Made by a program: the position numbers and the translations under genes. Shown here piece by piece: positions 34,091-43,646 of a stretch of DNA of 44,646 bases. How positions within the stretch are numbered: position 1 is the stretch's first letter; each line of letters begins with the position of its first letter. The DNA comes from a virus (Duplodnaviria; Caudoviricetes): positions 1 to 44,646 of IMG/VR virus record IMGVR_UViG_3300033485_000302. One strand, 5' to 3'. Below the pieces are notes generated by a model that had not been told where the DNA came from, did not search any database, and saw only the letters and a program-made list of their open reading frames with translations.

Positions 34091-36085
34091 ATGGCCACAA
34101 AGAAAACAAAACTAGATGAACAAGAGCTAATATCAGAATTTAATGAGCAATTTGACCTTGCTAAACAGTATCTTGACCCCGTACACGATAGGATGAACGA
34201 TCAGGAGGAGCTTTACAGGTGCTACATTGATTCAGCCAGTTATCCCCACAACGCTAGGGTGTTTGATCCCCGCATATTCAGGGTGATTGAAACCATAACT
34301 CCCCGGATGGTAGCCAATGAGCCTACAGGTTCTTTCTATCCGGTTGAGTCCGGTGATGTGGCGATTAACGAAATGCTTAATGCTCTGATGAAGTATGACT
34401 GGAGACGGGCGGTTATGTTTCCCAAGCTGGTAAACTTCGTCAAGTCCATGCTCTTATTTGGTACAGCCTTCGGTAGGACTTACTGGGATTACCGGGAGTG
34501 CGAGAAATACCAGATGATACCCAAGAAAATTAACGGCAAGAACGTCTGGACACCGACTAACACCGAGAAGAAAGTATACACCGAGTATGACGGGCCTAAT
34601 TTCGAAGTCTTAAACATCTATGACTGCTATCCAGATCCCAACGCCACTAACTTAGACAACATGAGATGGTTTATCTACAGGACTTTCAAGACCCTTGATG
34701 AGCTGGAAAAGGAAAATGACGCTAGGGGGGCTGAATACTGGAAGAATTTAGACAAGTTAAGGGAAGCGATGGACAAGGCTAAGGCTGACAATAAGACAAT
34801 GGATAACGCTGCCTCAACTGATATCAGTTACAGGGAGCATAGACGGACCATGTTATCCACCCAAGAGTTCCACGGAGAGGATAAAAGCAACCCAGAGTTC
34901 GTAGTTTTAATCAGGTACACCAAAGAGAAGTGGGTATACATGGTGCCGGAGTTTGGAATCATTATCCGCGAAGTCCAAAACCCCTATTTCCACGGTCAAC
35001 TGCCTATTGTTTACGGGGTTGACTATCCTTATCCGGGTGAATTGTACGGCATGGGCGAGATTGAGCCGTTAGACCGCATCCAGAGGGCTATAAACGCTGT
35101 CCTTAACCAACGTTTAGACAACGTACAGCTAGTGCTACGCAATATGTGGAAGGTCAAGAAGAATAGCGGTGTGGATATGCACACTTTAGTATCAGCACCG
35201 GGCAATATCGTAACTACTGATGACATGGACGCGGTAGACGCCTTCGTAGTTCCCGATGTTACAGGCCCGACATTTGTCCAGACCATGAATTACCTGACGG
35301 CAGCATTGCAAAACGGCTCAGCTATTACTGATTACACTCAGGGGATAGACTCAACCGAAAATACCGGTAACAAGACAGCTACAGGAGTCAGGCTTATCCA
35401 ACAGGAAGCTAATGCTCAATTCAAACTAAAGATCCAACTGTTCAACACTATGGTAATTGAAAGAGTGGCTAACCAGTGGAAAGACCTGCGGATTCAATAT
35501 ACGACAGAGACACAGAAGGTGCGAATATTAGGCAGAAACGATGTCAAGTACATGAGGGAGAAAACAGAGCTGGGTACTACCGATCTGGAAGGCAACCCCA
35601 TCATGCCCGGAGACCTAGAGACTGAAGCCAAGCTGGTATACGGCAAGGATGATAACTTCGCTTTCTTAACCTTAATGCCTGAGGACATACAGCCTTCTAT
35701 AGTGGGTGATTATGACTTCATAGCCGCTACTTCAAGCGAACAGTTAAGCGATCCGATAGCTTTGCAGGAAAACTTTTTCATGGCACTGGATAAGGTTAAA
35801 GATCCGGCTTGGGTACAGGGGCTGGCAACAAGCGGCAAGAAACTTAACTATGCGGAGCTGACCGAGAAAGTGTTTGAAAAGCTGAATTTGGGAATTGAGT
35901 TAAACGACATACTTGAGGACTATCAGCCGCCTGTTCCACAGATGGCCGGTGGGCCGATGGAAGGGGGGTTAAATAATGGACCAAACGGACTTGCAGGAGG
36001 ACCAGAAGCAGGAATTGGAGGAGGCATTGGCGCGGGGATCGGCATACCAGCAGCTAATCCGAACCAAGGGATGGGAATATATTAA
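34091..36085 (+). CDS. Portal protein (P22-like)
   Basis: 664 aa after terL; YPDPNA, YGMGEIE.L..IQ..IN...NQR.DN, TATGV..Q motifs. Confidence 0.9.
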   Translation: MATKKTKLDEQELISEFNEQFDLAKQYLDPVHDRMNDQEELYRCYIDSASYPHNARVFDPRIFRVIETITPRMVANEPTGSFYPVESGDVAINEMLNALMKYDWRRAVMFPKLVNFVKSMLLFGTAFGRTYWDYRECEKYQMIPKKINGKNVWTPTNTEKKVYTEYDGPNFEVLNIYDCYPDPNATNLDNMRWFIYRTFKTLDELEKENDARGAEYWKNLDKLREAMDKAKADNKTMDNAASTDISYREHRRTMLSTQEFHGEDKSNPEFVVLIRYTKEKWVYMVPEFGIIIREVQNPYFHGQLPIVYGVDYPYPGELYGMGEIEPLDRIQRAINAVLNQRLDNVQLVLRNMWKVKKNSGVDMHTLVSAPGNIVTTDDMDAVDAFVVPDVTGPTFVQTMNYLTAALQNGSAITDYTQGIDSTENTGNKTATGVRLIQQEANAQFKLKIQLFNTMVIERVANQWKDLRIQYTTETQKVRILGRNDVKYMREKTELGTTDLEGNPIMPGDLETEAKLVYGKDDNFAFLTLMPEDIQPSIVGDYDFIAATSSEQLSDPIALQENFFMALDKVKDPAWVQGLATSGKKLNYAELTEKVFEKLNLGIELNDILEDYQPPVPQMAGGPMEGGLNNGPNGLAGGPEAGIGGGIGAGIGIPAANPNQGMGIY

Positions 36086-36275
36086 GCTCTGGTATCAGAA
36101 GAAAGTACAGAAGCTGGCAACCGATCTTCTTTTAAATGACAAGAAGCCGACAGTTGAGTTTGAAGCGGAAAGATATGAGCTGGTAGGGTTACGCAAAATG
36201 TTAGGCATGATTGAAAACGACATGGAGATATTGAGGCAACATGAAGAAGATATTAAACGATCTGCCAAAAAGTGA
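35976..36275 (+). CDS. Hypothetical helical protein downstream of portal
   Basis: L..T.GW..I pattern; ORF overlaps the portal tail. Confidence 0.6.
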   Translation: MDQTDLQEDQKQELEEALARGSAYQQLIRTKGWEYIKLWYQKKVQKLATDLLLNDKKPTVEFEAERYELVGLRKMLGMIENDMEILRQHEEDIKRSAKK

Positions 36276-36486
36276 CAGCGAGTTTTGGGATGGTGACAAG
36301 TATCAGGGTGAAAAGGTACTTATTTCCATTTGCAATACTCACGGCAAGAAAAACTGGATGAGCCATGTCGGGTACAAGGATAACCATGACGGCACGGCTT
36401 CATGTAAGTATTGCGGATGGGGATTTATCATCCCCGGATATTTAAGAATACATGATGAAAGGGTTTTTGATTTGAGACGGGGGTAG
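36241..36486 (+). CDS. Hypothetical protein with CxxC
   Basis: GAGG SD; C..H, CKYCGWG. Confidence 0.6.
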   Translation: MKKILNDLPKSDSEFWDGDKYQGEKVLISICNTHGKKNWMSHVGYKDNHDGTASCKYCGWGFIIPGYLRIHDERVFDLRRG

Positions 36487-36598
36487 CTAGTTATACCCCT
36501 GTCTCAGGCCAAAAGCCTGCTAATCACCGTAAGGTGCTTAAAAATTGAAAAGGGAAGCTCTCAGTCACTTACTTGACTGTGCCAAGAAAGGAGGTGGC
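36473..36598 (+). promoter_or_regulatory. Multi-hairpin leader upstream of scaffold gene
   Basis: 13-bp stem 36473-36506, CACC-GTAA-GGTG, CAGTCA..TGACTG, SD AAGGAGGT. Confidence 0.45.
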
Positions 36599-36603
36599 TA
36601 TTT

Positions 36604-37320
36604 ATGCCAACTCTCGATGATTTAGCTGCTGCCCTTGACAACCATCAGGTAACTGATGACCAAGGAGAAATTGCAGAGGAGACAACCTCTGGTGAGCCGA
36701 CAGCAACTCAGGAACAAACAACTGTGGAAGATACTGCAATCCCAGAGAAGGGAGCGGAAACTGAAGCCTCTACCCCCGTAGAGGACAAGGGGACTGAAAA
36801 CGAACCAGAAATGGTCGAACTCGCAGCAGACGAAACAGGTAAACGGTATGTGCCTGAAAACCGTTTCAAGGAAGTGTACGGCAAGATGAAAGACTATGAG
36901 CGGAAGCTGAAACACGCTCCTGCTTCTAAGCCGCCATCAGTCATACCGGCTCCGCTTGAAAAAACGGATGCACTTGAAATCGAGTTATTACGCAGCACAT
37001 TGCCTCAGTTTAACCCTGAGAGTCCCGACTACAACAGGGACATAGACGAGTTAGGGTTTTCGATTTATGAAGGTTCTAAAACCAACAAAGGTCAATATAC
37101 CATGACCCGTTTAGAAGCAGGGCGAAAAGCGTTATCAATGGCGAAAAAAATTACGTCAAAGGTAGCGGAAGTAAAGTCTGAGGCCCGGACTGTGAAAGCC
37201 CAACAGTCTGACCAAGGGATTACCAACCGCGTTCTGACTAGGGAAGGGACAAAACCCGACCCGATGAAGATGACGCTTGAAGAAAAGGAAGCGTGGCTTA
37301 AAGCTAATGGCGAGTGGTAA
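36604..37320 (+). CDS. Capsid scaffolding protein
   Basis: Acidic disordered N-terminus, VP..RFKEV coiled coil, C-terminal KMTLEEKEAWL helix; lies directly before the MCP. Confidence 0.8.
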   Translation: MPTLDDLAAALDNHQVTDDQGEIAEETTSGEPTATQEQTTVEDTAIPEKGAETEASTPVEDKGTENEPEMVELAADETGKRYVPENRFKEVYGKMKDYERKLKHAPASKPPSVIPAPLEKTDALEIELLRSTLPQFNPESPDYNRDIDELGFSIYEGSKTNKGQYTMTRLEAGRKALSMAKKITSKVAEVKSEARTVKAQQSDQGITNRVLTREGTKPDPMKMTLEEKEAWLKANGEW

Positions 37321-37349
37321 TACGCTCCGGTTAGGAGGTGAATTATCAC

Positions 37350-38342
37350 ATGGCTTTATCAAACGCAGCGACATTAACGACTGACACAACTTATTCAAGC
37401 CCAGCTATTAAGAGCCGTTATTATGACGAACTCTTTTTAAGACAGGCTGATAAAAAACTTGTTCACAAGCAGTTGGGTCAGTTAAACCGCAAAGTTGCCT
37501 CAGGAGAAGGTGGATATGGTTCCACGACTCTTTACTGGACGAAGTGGATTAACTTTGACACAGTAACATCAGGTGATGGCGAGGGTGTTCCAACGACTAC
37601 CCATGCCTTCTCAGCATTGAACGTAACAGGCTCTACCGCGCAATATGACAACGCTGTTTCAGTATCCGATATCATGGCATACGTGTCATTTGGGGATATC
37701 ATGAAAGCAGCCGTTGAAAGACTTGCATATAACGCAGGTTTGTCTATTGATACAGTAGTCCGCAATGTTATTGGAAGTGCTATGACACAGCAATCCGCTT
37801 CTGCACAGGCTTACTGGTCAGCAGTCCCGGCCGGAGCTAACTTAATTGTTAGCGAGGTCAGGAAAGCAGCCCGTACCCTTACCAGAAACGATGCTTTTCA
37901 ACAGGATGATGGCAACTGGGTGGCAGTAGCTCATCCAGACGCAATCTATGATTTGCAGGGTGACACTACGACTGGCGGCTGGATTGAGGCTAATAAATAT
38001 ACTGAGGGACGTGAAGGACTATTAACAGGTGAGGTTGGGAAATTGTACGGAGTCCGCTTCTTACAGACTTCCAATGGTTATACCCGTGGTAGTTCTTATA
38101 CTACAGGTTCAGCAGTTGTAGCTTCTACGACAATTTATGTCACTTCAGTATTCGGTAAAGACGCCTTTGGCGTTTCCGAATTACAGGCATTAAAGACTTA
38201 CGTCAAACCCTTTGGGTCTGGCGGAGTTGGAGATCCGACTGACAAAATTGCGACAGCAGGCTGGAAGTGTTTGTTTGGTGCTAATGTACTAAACAGCGCA
38301 TTTGCAGTTAATATCAATCACACAGTTTCATCTACCGCGTAA
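37350..38342 (+). CDS. Major capsid protein (N4-gp56-like, HK97 fold)
   Basis: GEGVP, QY...V..SD, HPD..YDL..D..W, GEVGKLYGVRF, DP..K..TAGWK; AGGAGG SD. Confidence 0.92.
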   Translation: MALSNAATLTTDTTYSSPAIKSRYYDELFLRQADKKLVHKQLGQLNRKVASGEGGYGSTTLYWTKWINFDTVTSGDGEGVPTTTHAFSALNVTGSTAQYDNAVSVSDIMAYVSFGDIMKAAVERLAYNAGLSIDTVVRNVIGSAMTQQSASAQAYWSAVPAGANLIVSEVRKAARTLTRNDAFQQDDGNWVAVAHPDAIYDLQGDTTTGGWIEANKYTEGREGLLTGEVGKLYGVRFLQTSNGYTRGSSYTTGSAVVASTTIYVTSVFGKDAFGVSELQALKTYVKPFGSGGVGDPTDKIATAGWKCLFGANVLNSAFAVNINHTVSSTA

Positions 38343-38362
38343 GTAGTTTAGACTGTTCCATC

Positions 38363-38387
38363 AAGCCCTCTTAACTGAGGGCTTTTT
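38363..38387 (+). terminator. Intrinsic terminator after major capsid gene
   Basis: AAGCCCTC-TTAACT-GAGGGCTTTTT. Confidence 0.8.
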
Positions 38388-38392
38388 GGTGT

Positions 38393-38462
38393 TTGACATG
38401 ATCTGATATAATTAAGCCGTCAATCCTAAATTTAGGCAGACGCCAAGAAGGCGTCTTTTTTT
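38393..38462 (+). promoter_or_regulatory. Repeated leader element copy 6
   Basis: TTGACA-8-TATAAT; CCTAA..TTAGG; CAG; ACGCC-AAGAA-GGCGT; CT7; ATG 38463. Confidence 0.7.
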
Positions 38463-38786
38463 ATGGCTTACAAATGGGTGCAAACCAGAAACGGCAATTA
38501 TAAATACGTTGTTGATACTGACCTCAGGCCGGAAGTCAAGCTCCCCGACAAGAAAATGGGTCCGGTTTATGTGCCATATCTGCCCCCGTGGCGTCAATAT
38601 GAAAAGGATATGTGGAACGATGACACCAAAAAGTCCATCCATGCTACTGACAGGTTCATAGATGAGCGTGAACATGAGTTAAAAGTCGATGTTAAAGCAG
38701 CCCGTTGGGAGAAAAGCCGTAAAGCCCGTTGGGATAAAGATAAGCCTGCATGGAGAAAGTGGGCTAAGAAAAGGGGGATCGTATGA
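38463..38786 (+). CDS. Hypothetical basic protein
   Basis: First gene after leader element 6; ATGA-coupled to a GT. Confidence 0.6.
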   Translation: MAYKWVQTRNGNYKYVVDTDLRPEVKLPDKKMGPVYVPYLPPWRQYEKDMWNDDTKKSIHATDRFIDEREHELKVDVKAARWEKSRKARWDKDKPAWRKWAKKRGIV

Positions 38787-40207
38787 TTTCAGTAGTTATG
38801 AGTACATATAGGCGTCCGGTAATGTTAAAAAGGGCTATCCAAAGCGTTTTAGCCCAAACTTATCCTGATTTTGAGCTGATTGTGGTAGACGACAGGTCAA
38901 AAGACAACACAAAAGAGGTTGTAGAGGCATTTAAAGACCCCAGAATACACTATATCGGGCGTACCCGTAACTTCGGATGTGATACAAGGCCCAAAAATGA
39001 CGGGATTAAGGTTGCTAAGGGTGAATATATAGCTTTCTTAGATGACGATAACGTATACAGGCCCGACCATTTGGCTGTACTTCTCAAGGAATTTGAAATT
39101 GATCCGACTTTGACATTGGTTTACGGGGACAGGTGGATAATTGACGACAATAAGAAAATACCGGACCAGCTCGGCATGACTTCTGACTTTGACCCGCCTA
39201 CGTTGATGCAACGGAACTTCATAGACACATCAGACGTACTGGTGAAAAGGCAAGCCTTGTTTGACGTAGGCGGGTTTGATGAGAGGTATAACAAGTATGT
39301 TGACTGGAACGTCTATGTCAGGCTGTTTAAGGACGGCAGGAAGTTTAAAAGAGTGCCCGTAATCATAACTGATTACCACCTGCATAGTGACATGAAGTCA
39401 AGCCGGATTCATACCAAAGGTGACGCTCCCGGTGTATTTGTGCCTGAGTGGGACCCATATGACTGTGAGATAGTGCTTCCGTATTTAGGTAACGAGGTCA
39501 AAGAGCCACGGGTAGCTGTATTCTCCATAACTTATGACCGCTTGGCTTATACCAAAAAGTCATTTGCTTCTTTAAAGAAAACAGCCGGATATCCCTATGA
39601 CCATTTTATTGTTGATAACGGGTCGGTTGACGGAACGAGGGGTTTTCTGGTTGATTATGCTCCGCCTGAAAGACTGATGATTCACGGGGATAATCACGGC
39701 ATATCAAGGGCTTCAAACCATGCTGTCGGGATGATAAAGGACGCTGGGGGATACGACATTATCGTTAAATGGGATAACGACTGCATAGGATTAACTGGTG
39801 GATGGATGGCTAAGATGGTGGATATCTGGAAATCAAACCACCGCATGGCTTTGTCATGTTACGTTCAGGGATTGGTTGACCATCCGGGGGGAGCGCAACG
39901 GGTGGGTTATGGGAAACTCAGGGGGGAGCTGGTAGGGATAGCCAAACACTTAGGCGGTATCTGCGTTTTTGTAGACGCCCATGCTTACGATAAGTTCAAG
40001 TGGGATGAGGACAGTTTCCTTCACGGGGTACAGGATATGGAGTTTTCCCAGTATTTGATGTTCCACGGCTACAGCATGGGTTATCTGGAAAATTACTTCG
40101 TCAGCCACGGTCCTGTCAATACTACTCAACAAAAGATTGATTACCCTGAGTATTTTGAGAGAAGGGTTAAGGAGAAACAAACCAGATATGAAACCGACAG
40201 GAAATAG
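38783..40207 (+). CDS. Two-domain GT2 glycosyltransferase
   Basis: ISVVMSTY, IVVDD.S.D, YIAFLDDDN, GGFDE; second domain IVDNGSVDGT, VKWDND, QDMEFS. Confidence 0.92.
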   Translation: MISVVMSTYRRPVMLKRAIQSVLAQTYPDFELIVVDDRSKDNTKEVVEAFKDPRIHYIGRTRNFGCDTRPKNDGIKVAKGEYIAFLDDDNVYRPDHLAVLLKEFEIDPTLTLVYGDRWIIDDNKKIPDQLGMTSDFDPPTLMQRNFIDTSDVLVKRQALFDVGGFDERYNKYVDWNVYVRLFKDGRKFKRVPVIITDYHLHSDMKSSRIHTKGDAPGVFVPEWDPYDCEIVLPYLGNEVKEPRVAVFSITYDRLAYTKKSFASLKKTAGYPYDHFIVDNGSVDGTRGFLVDYAPPERLMIHGDNHGISRASNHAVGMIKDAGGYDIIVKWDNDCIGLTGGWMAKMVDIWKSNHRMALSCYVQGLVDHPGGAQRVGYGKLRGELVGIAKHLGGICVFVDAHAYDKFKWDEDSFLHGVQDMEFSQYLMFHGYSMGYLENYFVSHGPVNTTQQKIDYPEYFERRVKEKQTRYETDRK

Positions 40208-40781
40208 TCAAATCAACACCAGAGTTTACTGGAATTACATCTATACCACTCCGGCAAAAGAAAAGGATTACTGGGCGCATACCGGCAGATATACTTCAAT
40301 GCTGGAAGAAGTCAAGGATGGGGATAAGTTCTTGGATATTGGTTGCGGTGTGGGAATCCCCGGACGGATGGTAAAGGAACAAAGGAAAGGCTGCGAGATA
40401 TGGGGGACAGACATATCAGACGAGATTATCAATAAAAACAATGCCGAGAACTTGGGGATTAAATACTTTCAGGGATATGCCGGGTATAACGATTTCCTGC
40501 CCAGTGATTACTTTGACACGGTATTTTCCGGTGAGTTGATGGAACATCTGGACGACCCCAATGTTTTATTTGCTGAGGCTTACCGGGTGCTTAAAGAAGG
40601 CGGTAAGTTTGTTGTTTCAACTCCCCAAGATGACGCAGTAACTTCACCTGAACACGTTTGGGAATTTACTAAAGATGATGTCAGGGATTATTACGTTAAA
40701 AACAAATTCAAGGATGTCAGGTTTAAAGACCTGCATAACCTTGAGCATTTGGTAATTATTTTAGGAGTGGGGATAAAATGA
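40188..40781 (+). CDS. Class I SAM-dependent methyltransferase
   Basis: FLDIGCGVG, GTDIS, FDTVFSGELMEH, EAYRVLKEGG, STP. Confidence 0.9.
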   Translation: MKPTGNSQINTRVYWNYIYTTPAKEKDYWAHTGRYTSMLEEVKDGDKFLDIGCGVGIPGRMVKEQRKGCEIWGTDISDEIINKNNAENLGIKYFQGYAGYNDFLPSDYFDTVFSGELMEHLDDPNVLFAEAYRVLKEGGKFVVSTPQDDAVTSPEHVWEFTKDDVRDYYVKNKFKDVRFKDLHNLEHLVIILGVGIK

Positions 40782-41158
40782 AAACGAAAATTCAAATTCA
40801 AAAACATAATTATTACGTAAAACATAGAAAAAGTTTAATTGCTAAATCAACTTTATGGAATAAAGAACATAAAGATAAACGAAAGATTATTAGTAAACGT
40901 GATAATGAAAAAAGAAAATTTTTAAAACGTTTATGGCATGAAAGAAAATGGTTTAGTGGAGATCATTTATTAGATGAAGATTCTAAATGTTTTCTTTGTA
41001 AAACAAAAGATAATTTAATAATTCATCATATAGACGGACAAAACGGAAGAAATGGAAATTCATTTAACAATGATAAAGAAAATCTTATGACTTTATGTCG
41101 TAAGTGCCATCCAACAATTCATAACCGATGGTGGACAAAGGAGGTTGGTGTCCAATGA
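40778..41158 (+). CDS. HNH endonuclease
   Basis: CFLC..LIIHHIDG..NN..ENL.TLCRKCH..IH; AT-rich. Confidence 0.85.
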   Translation: MKTKIQIQKHNYYVKHRKSLIAKSTLWNKEHKDKRKIISKRDNEKRKFLKRLWHERKWFSGDHLLDEDSKCFLCKTKDNLIIHHIDGQNGRNGNSFNNDKENLMTLCRKCHPTIHNRWWTKEVGVQ

Positions 41159-41779
41159 CATATGCATTGGATTTTTGATGATTTCAGCGTACTAAATAAC
41201 CGGATTGACCTCTTGTTAAGGCTTAAAGAGTCTTATCCCAAGCTGAAAGTGTCGCTTTTTACTATCCCATATGACCTGAATTATGAAAAGGACGTATCGG
41301 GAAGCCTGCTCAGGGATAAGACATTGGCTGAGTTGAAGAAACATCTTGATTGGCTGGAGCTGATACCCCACGGGCTGATCCATATGCCTAAGGAATTTGA
41401 GAAATGCACCTACGACACAATGAAAAACTATATATTTGACGCTATAGCTGAGGCGTTTAGTAAAGACGGTCTGCCGTATGTCAAAGGCTTCAAGGCTCCG
41501 TACTGGCTTTGGAATAAGGATGTAGTCAAGGCGTTGGATGAGGAAGGCTGGTGGGGGGCTATAGACCGCAACCAAGACATGATAACCCCCAAAAGGTTTT
41601 ATAAATACTCCCACTCCATATCCGAGCCGTTTTCCAAAGCCATCGGGGAAGATTTGATAAAACTCCACGGGCATATAACCCCTGAGGATAACGGCATTGA
41701 AAGGTGTTTTTCTAACTTATTCAAGATGAATCCCGAAGCGGAGTTTAAATTTGCTTCGGAGTTAGTGGAGGAAGCATGA
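41155..41779 (+). CDS. Polysaccharide deacetylase-like protein; probable +1 frameshift near the 5' end (main ORF 41162..41779)
   Basis: Paralog of 2910..3521 (DFSV.NNR, VSLFT.P, IPHGL.H, GF.AP.W.WN, LHGHI). SD and ATGA overlap favour ATG 41155. Confidence 0.7.
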
Positions 41780-42771
41780 AGATCGTATGTTGGGGAAATG
41801 ATAGCGGGGCTAAATATTGGCGGCTGATTGACCCCATGAAGTATATGGAGAAAAAAGGACATCAGGTAATCATAGCCGAACATGGAATCCGTGAGGAAGA
41901 AATCTTGTGGGCTGATGTGTGTGTCCTGCAAAGTAGCACCGATAAGGACGGGATAGCCCTAATCAGACAGCATCAGGTTGAAAACGGCAAGAAACTGGTT
42001 GTCGAGTGTGATGACGCACTGGATTTGAACGCTGATTCCCCGTTTGTCGAGGACCATCGGAGATTTGAGGCTAAATTTGTCATTTCAAGGACTATGGAAG
42101 TGGCTGACATGGTAACGACAACCACTCCCTATTTGGCTGACCAGTTGCGGGTTTATAACGATAACATCAAAGTATTACCTAACAGCTTGGATTTGGACAG
42201 GTGGGATTTGCCTTATCTTAAAAACGATACCGGCAAGATAAGAATAGGCTGGGCGGGATCAATAACTCACCTTGACGACATGAGACTGATAGTTAAACCC
42301 GTCAAGAAGATATGCAAAGAGTTTAAAAACGTGCAGTTAGTCATTATAGGTGATCCGAGAGTTGCGGAACTGTTTGAAGGCTGTCCGGTTGAATTTATGA
42401 ACGGAGTGCCGTTTGAAGTATGGCCTTCAAAATTATTATCCATGAGGCTTGACATAGGCTTAGCCCCGTTAAGGAAAACCTATTTCAACAAGTGTAAATC
42501 AAACATCAAGTGGATGGAGTATTCCATAGCCAATATTCCCGGTGTTTACTCACCGACCATCTACCAGATGGATAATAAGACTTTTGACGGGAATTTCGGG
42601 CAGATAGCTGAGAACGAAGACCAATGGTACAGGTGTCTCAAGAACTACATTATCTGTCCTGAACTAAGGGAGGACATTGTTAAGAAATCAAGAAGCTGTG
42701 TCACTACGTCACACACATTAAAAACAACACACAATTTATGGGATGAAGCCTACAGGGGGCTTTATAACTAA
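41776..42771 (+). CDS. GT-B fold (GT4-like) glycosyltransferase
   Basis: YWRL..P, ECDD, RIGWAGS.TH..D, DIGLAPL..FN.CKSNIK..EY. Confidence 0.85.
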   Translation: MKIVCWGNDSGAKYWRLIDPMKYMEKKGHQVIIAEHGIREEEILWADVCVLQSSTDKDGIALIRQHQVENGKKLVVECDDALDLNADSPFVEDHRRFEAKFVISRTMEVADMVTTTTPYLADQLRVYNDNIKVLPNSLDLDRWDLPYLKNDTGKIRIGWAGSITHLDDMRLIVKPVKKICKEFKNVQLVIIGDPRVAELFEGCPVEFMNGVPFEVWPSKLLSMRLDIGLAPLRKTYFNKCKSNIKWMEYSIANIPGVYSPTIYQMDNKTFDGNFGQIAENEDQWYRCLKNYIICPELREDIVKKSRSCVTTSHTLKTTHNLWDEAYRGLYN

Positions 42772-42772
42772 C

Positions 42773-43285
42773 ATGACAGACCAAGTATTCAGATCAGCTC
42801 CGGCAGTTGAACAGCCCAAGCCTAACCTGCCCGAACCTGAACCCAATAAAGTTCAGGTGGTAACAGGGGAGACTGACATTGAGCCGATTGAGATACGGGA
42901 GGAAGGCGGGGGCAGTGTGGTACTGGATGCGTTGAATATCAGCGACAAGTTAAACGTACTGCCTGAAGCAGACAAGACCAAAGTAGGCGAAGTTAAGGAA
43001 TACGTTTTGAAGATCATGGAATCCAAAGGGCTGTCGCCTACAGTTTCCCATTTTAAGAAAACGCTGGACGGGCTTAAAGACGAGATGGGGCTGGATCAGG
43101 AAGCCGAGCCTTCCATAGTCCTTGACCGGATAGCCGGGGTAGTCAGGGCATGGCAGAATTTGTCTTTTATAAACGATCCGGCAGAGAAGAAAGCTATATT
43201 TATGAAGTTAGCCAATTTAAAGTCGTCAGCCGAGATGAACAAAGAAGTATATAGGTTAATGGGAGAGTATAAAGTCTGGAGATAG
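42773..43285 (+). CDS. Hypothetical protein
   Basis: ATG 42773 directly after the GT stop. Confidence 0.6.
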   Translation: MTDQVFRSAPAVEQPKPNLPEPEPNKVQVVTGETDIEPIEIREEGGGSVVLDALNISDKLNVLPEADKTKVGEVKEYVLKIMESKGLSPTVSHFKKTLDGLKDEMGLDQEAEPSIVLDRIAGVVRAWQNLSFINDPAEKKAIFMKLANLKSSAEMNKEVYRLMGEYKVWR

Positions 43286-43288
43286 TTT

Positions 43289-43642
43289 ATGACACACTCT
43301 GAAGTTCAAAAGAAATATAAGTTGTCAAAAAAAGGCAAAAAGACTCAAGAAAAATATTATCACTCTGAAGCGAAACGACAATCAGAAAGAAGATATTACT
43401 ATAAAAATAGATTTAAGAGGAAAGTACAAAGGTTTACTAATAAAGTAATTAAATTAGGGTTATTAAATAGAAAACCGTGTGAAGTTTGTAATGATAAAAA
43501 ATCACAAGCTCATCACATAGATTATATGAAGCCTTTAGAAGTAATGTGGTTGTGTAATAACCATCATACTAAATGGCATAGAGAAAATGGATCAGGTAAA
43601 AACGCATATAAAGAAGAAAATTTAATAAAGAAGCGGAGGTGA
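43289..43642 (+). CDS. HNH-like endonuclease
   Basis: PCEVC..SQAHH.DY.KPL.V.WLC..HH..WH; AT-rich. Confidence 0.8.
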   Translation: MTHSEVQKKYKLSKKGKKTQEKYYHSEAKRQSERRYYYKNRFKRKVQRFTNKVIKLGLLNRKPCEVCNDKKSQAHHIDYMKPLEVMWLCNNHHTKWHRENGSGKNAYKEENLIKKRR

Positions 43643-43646
43643 GTTT

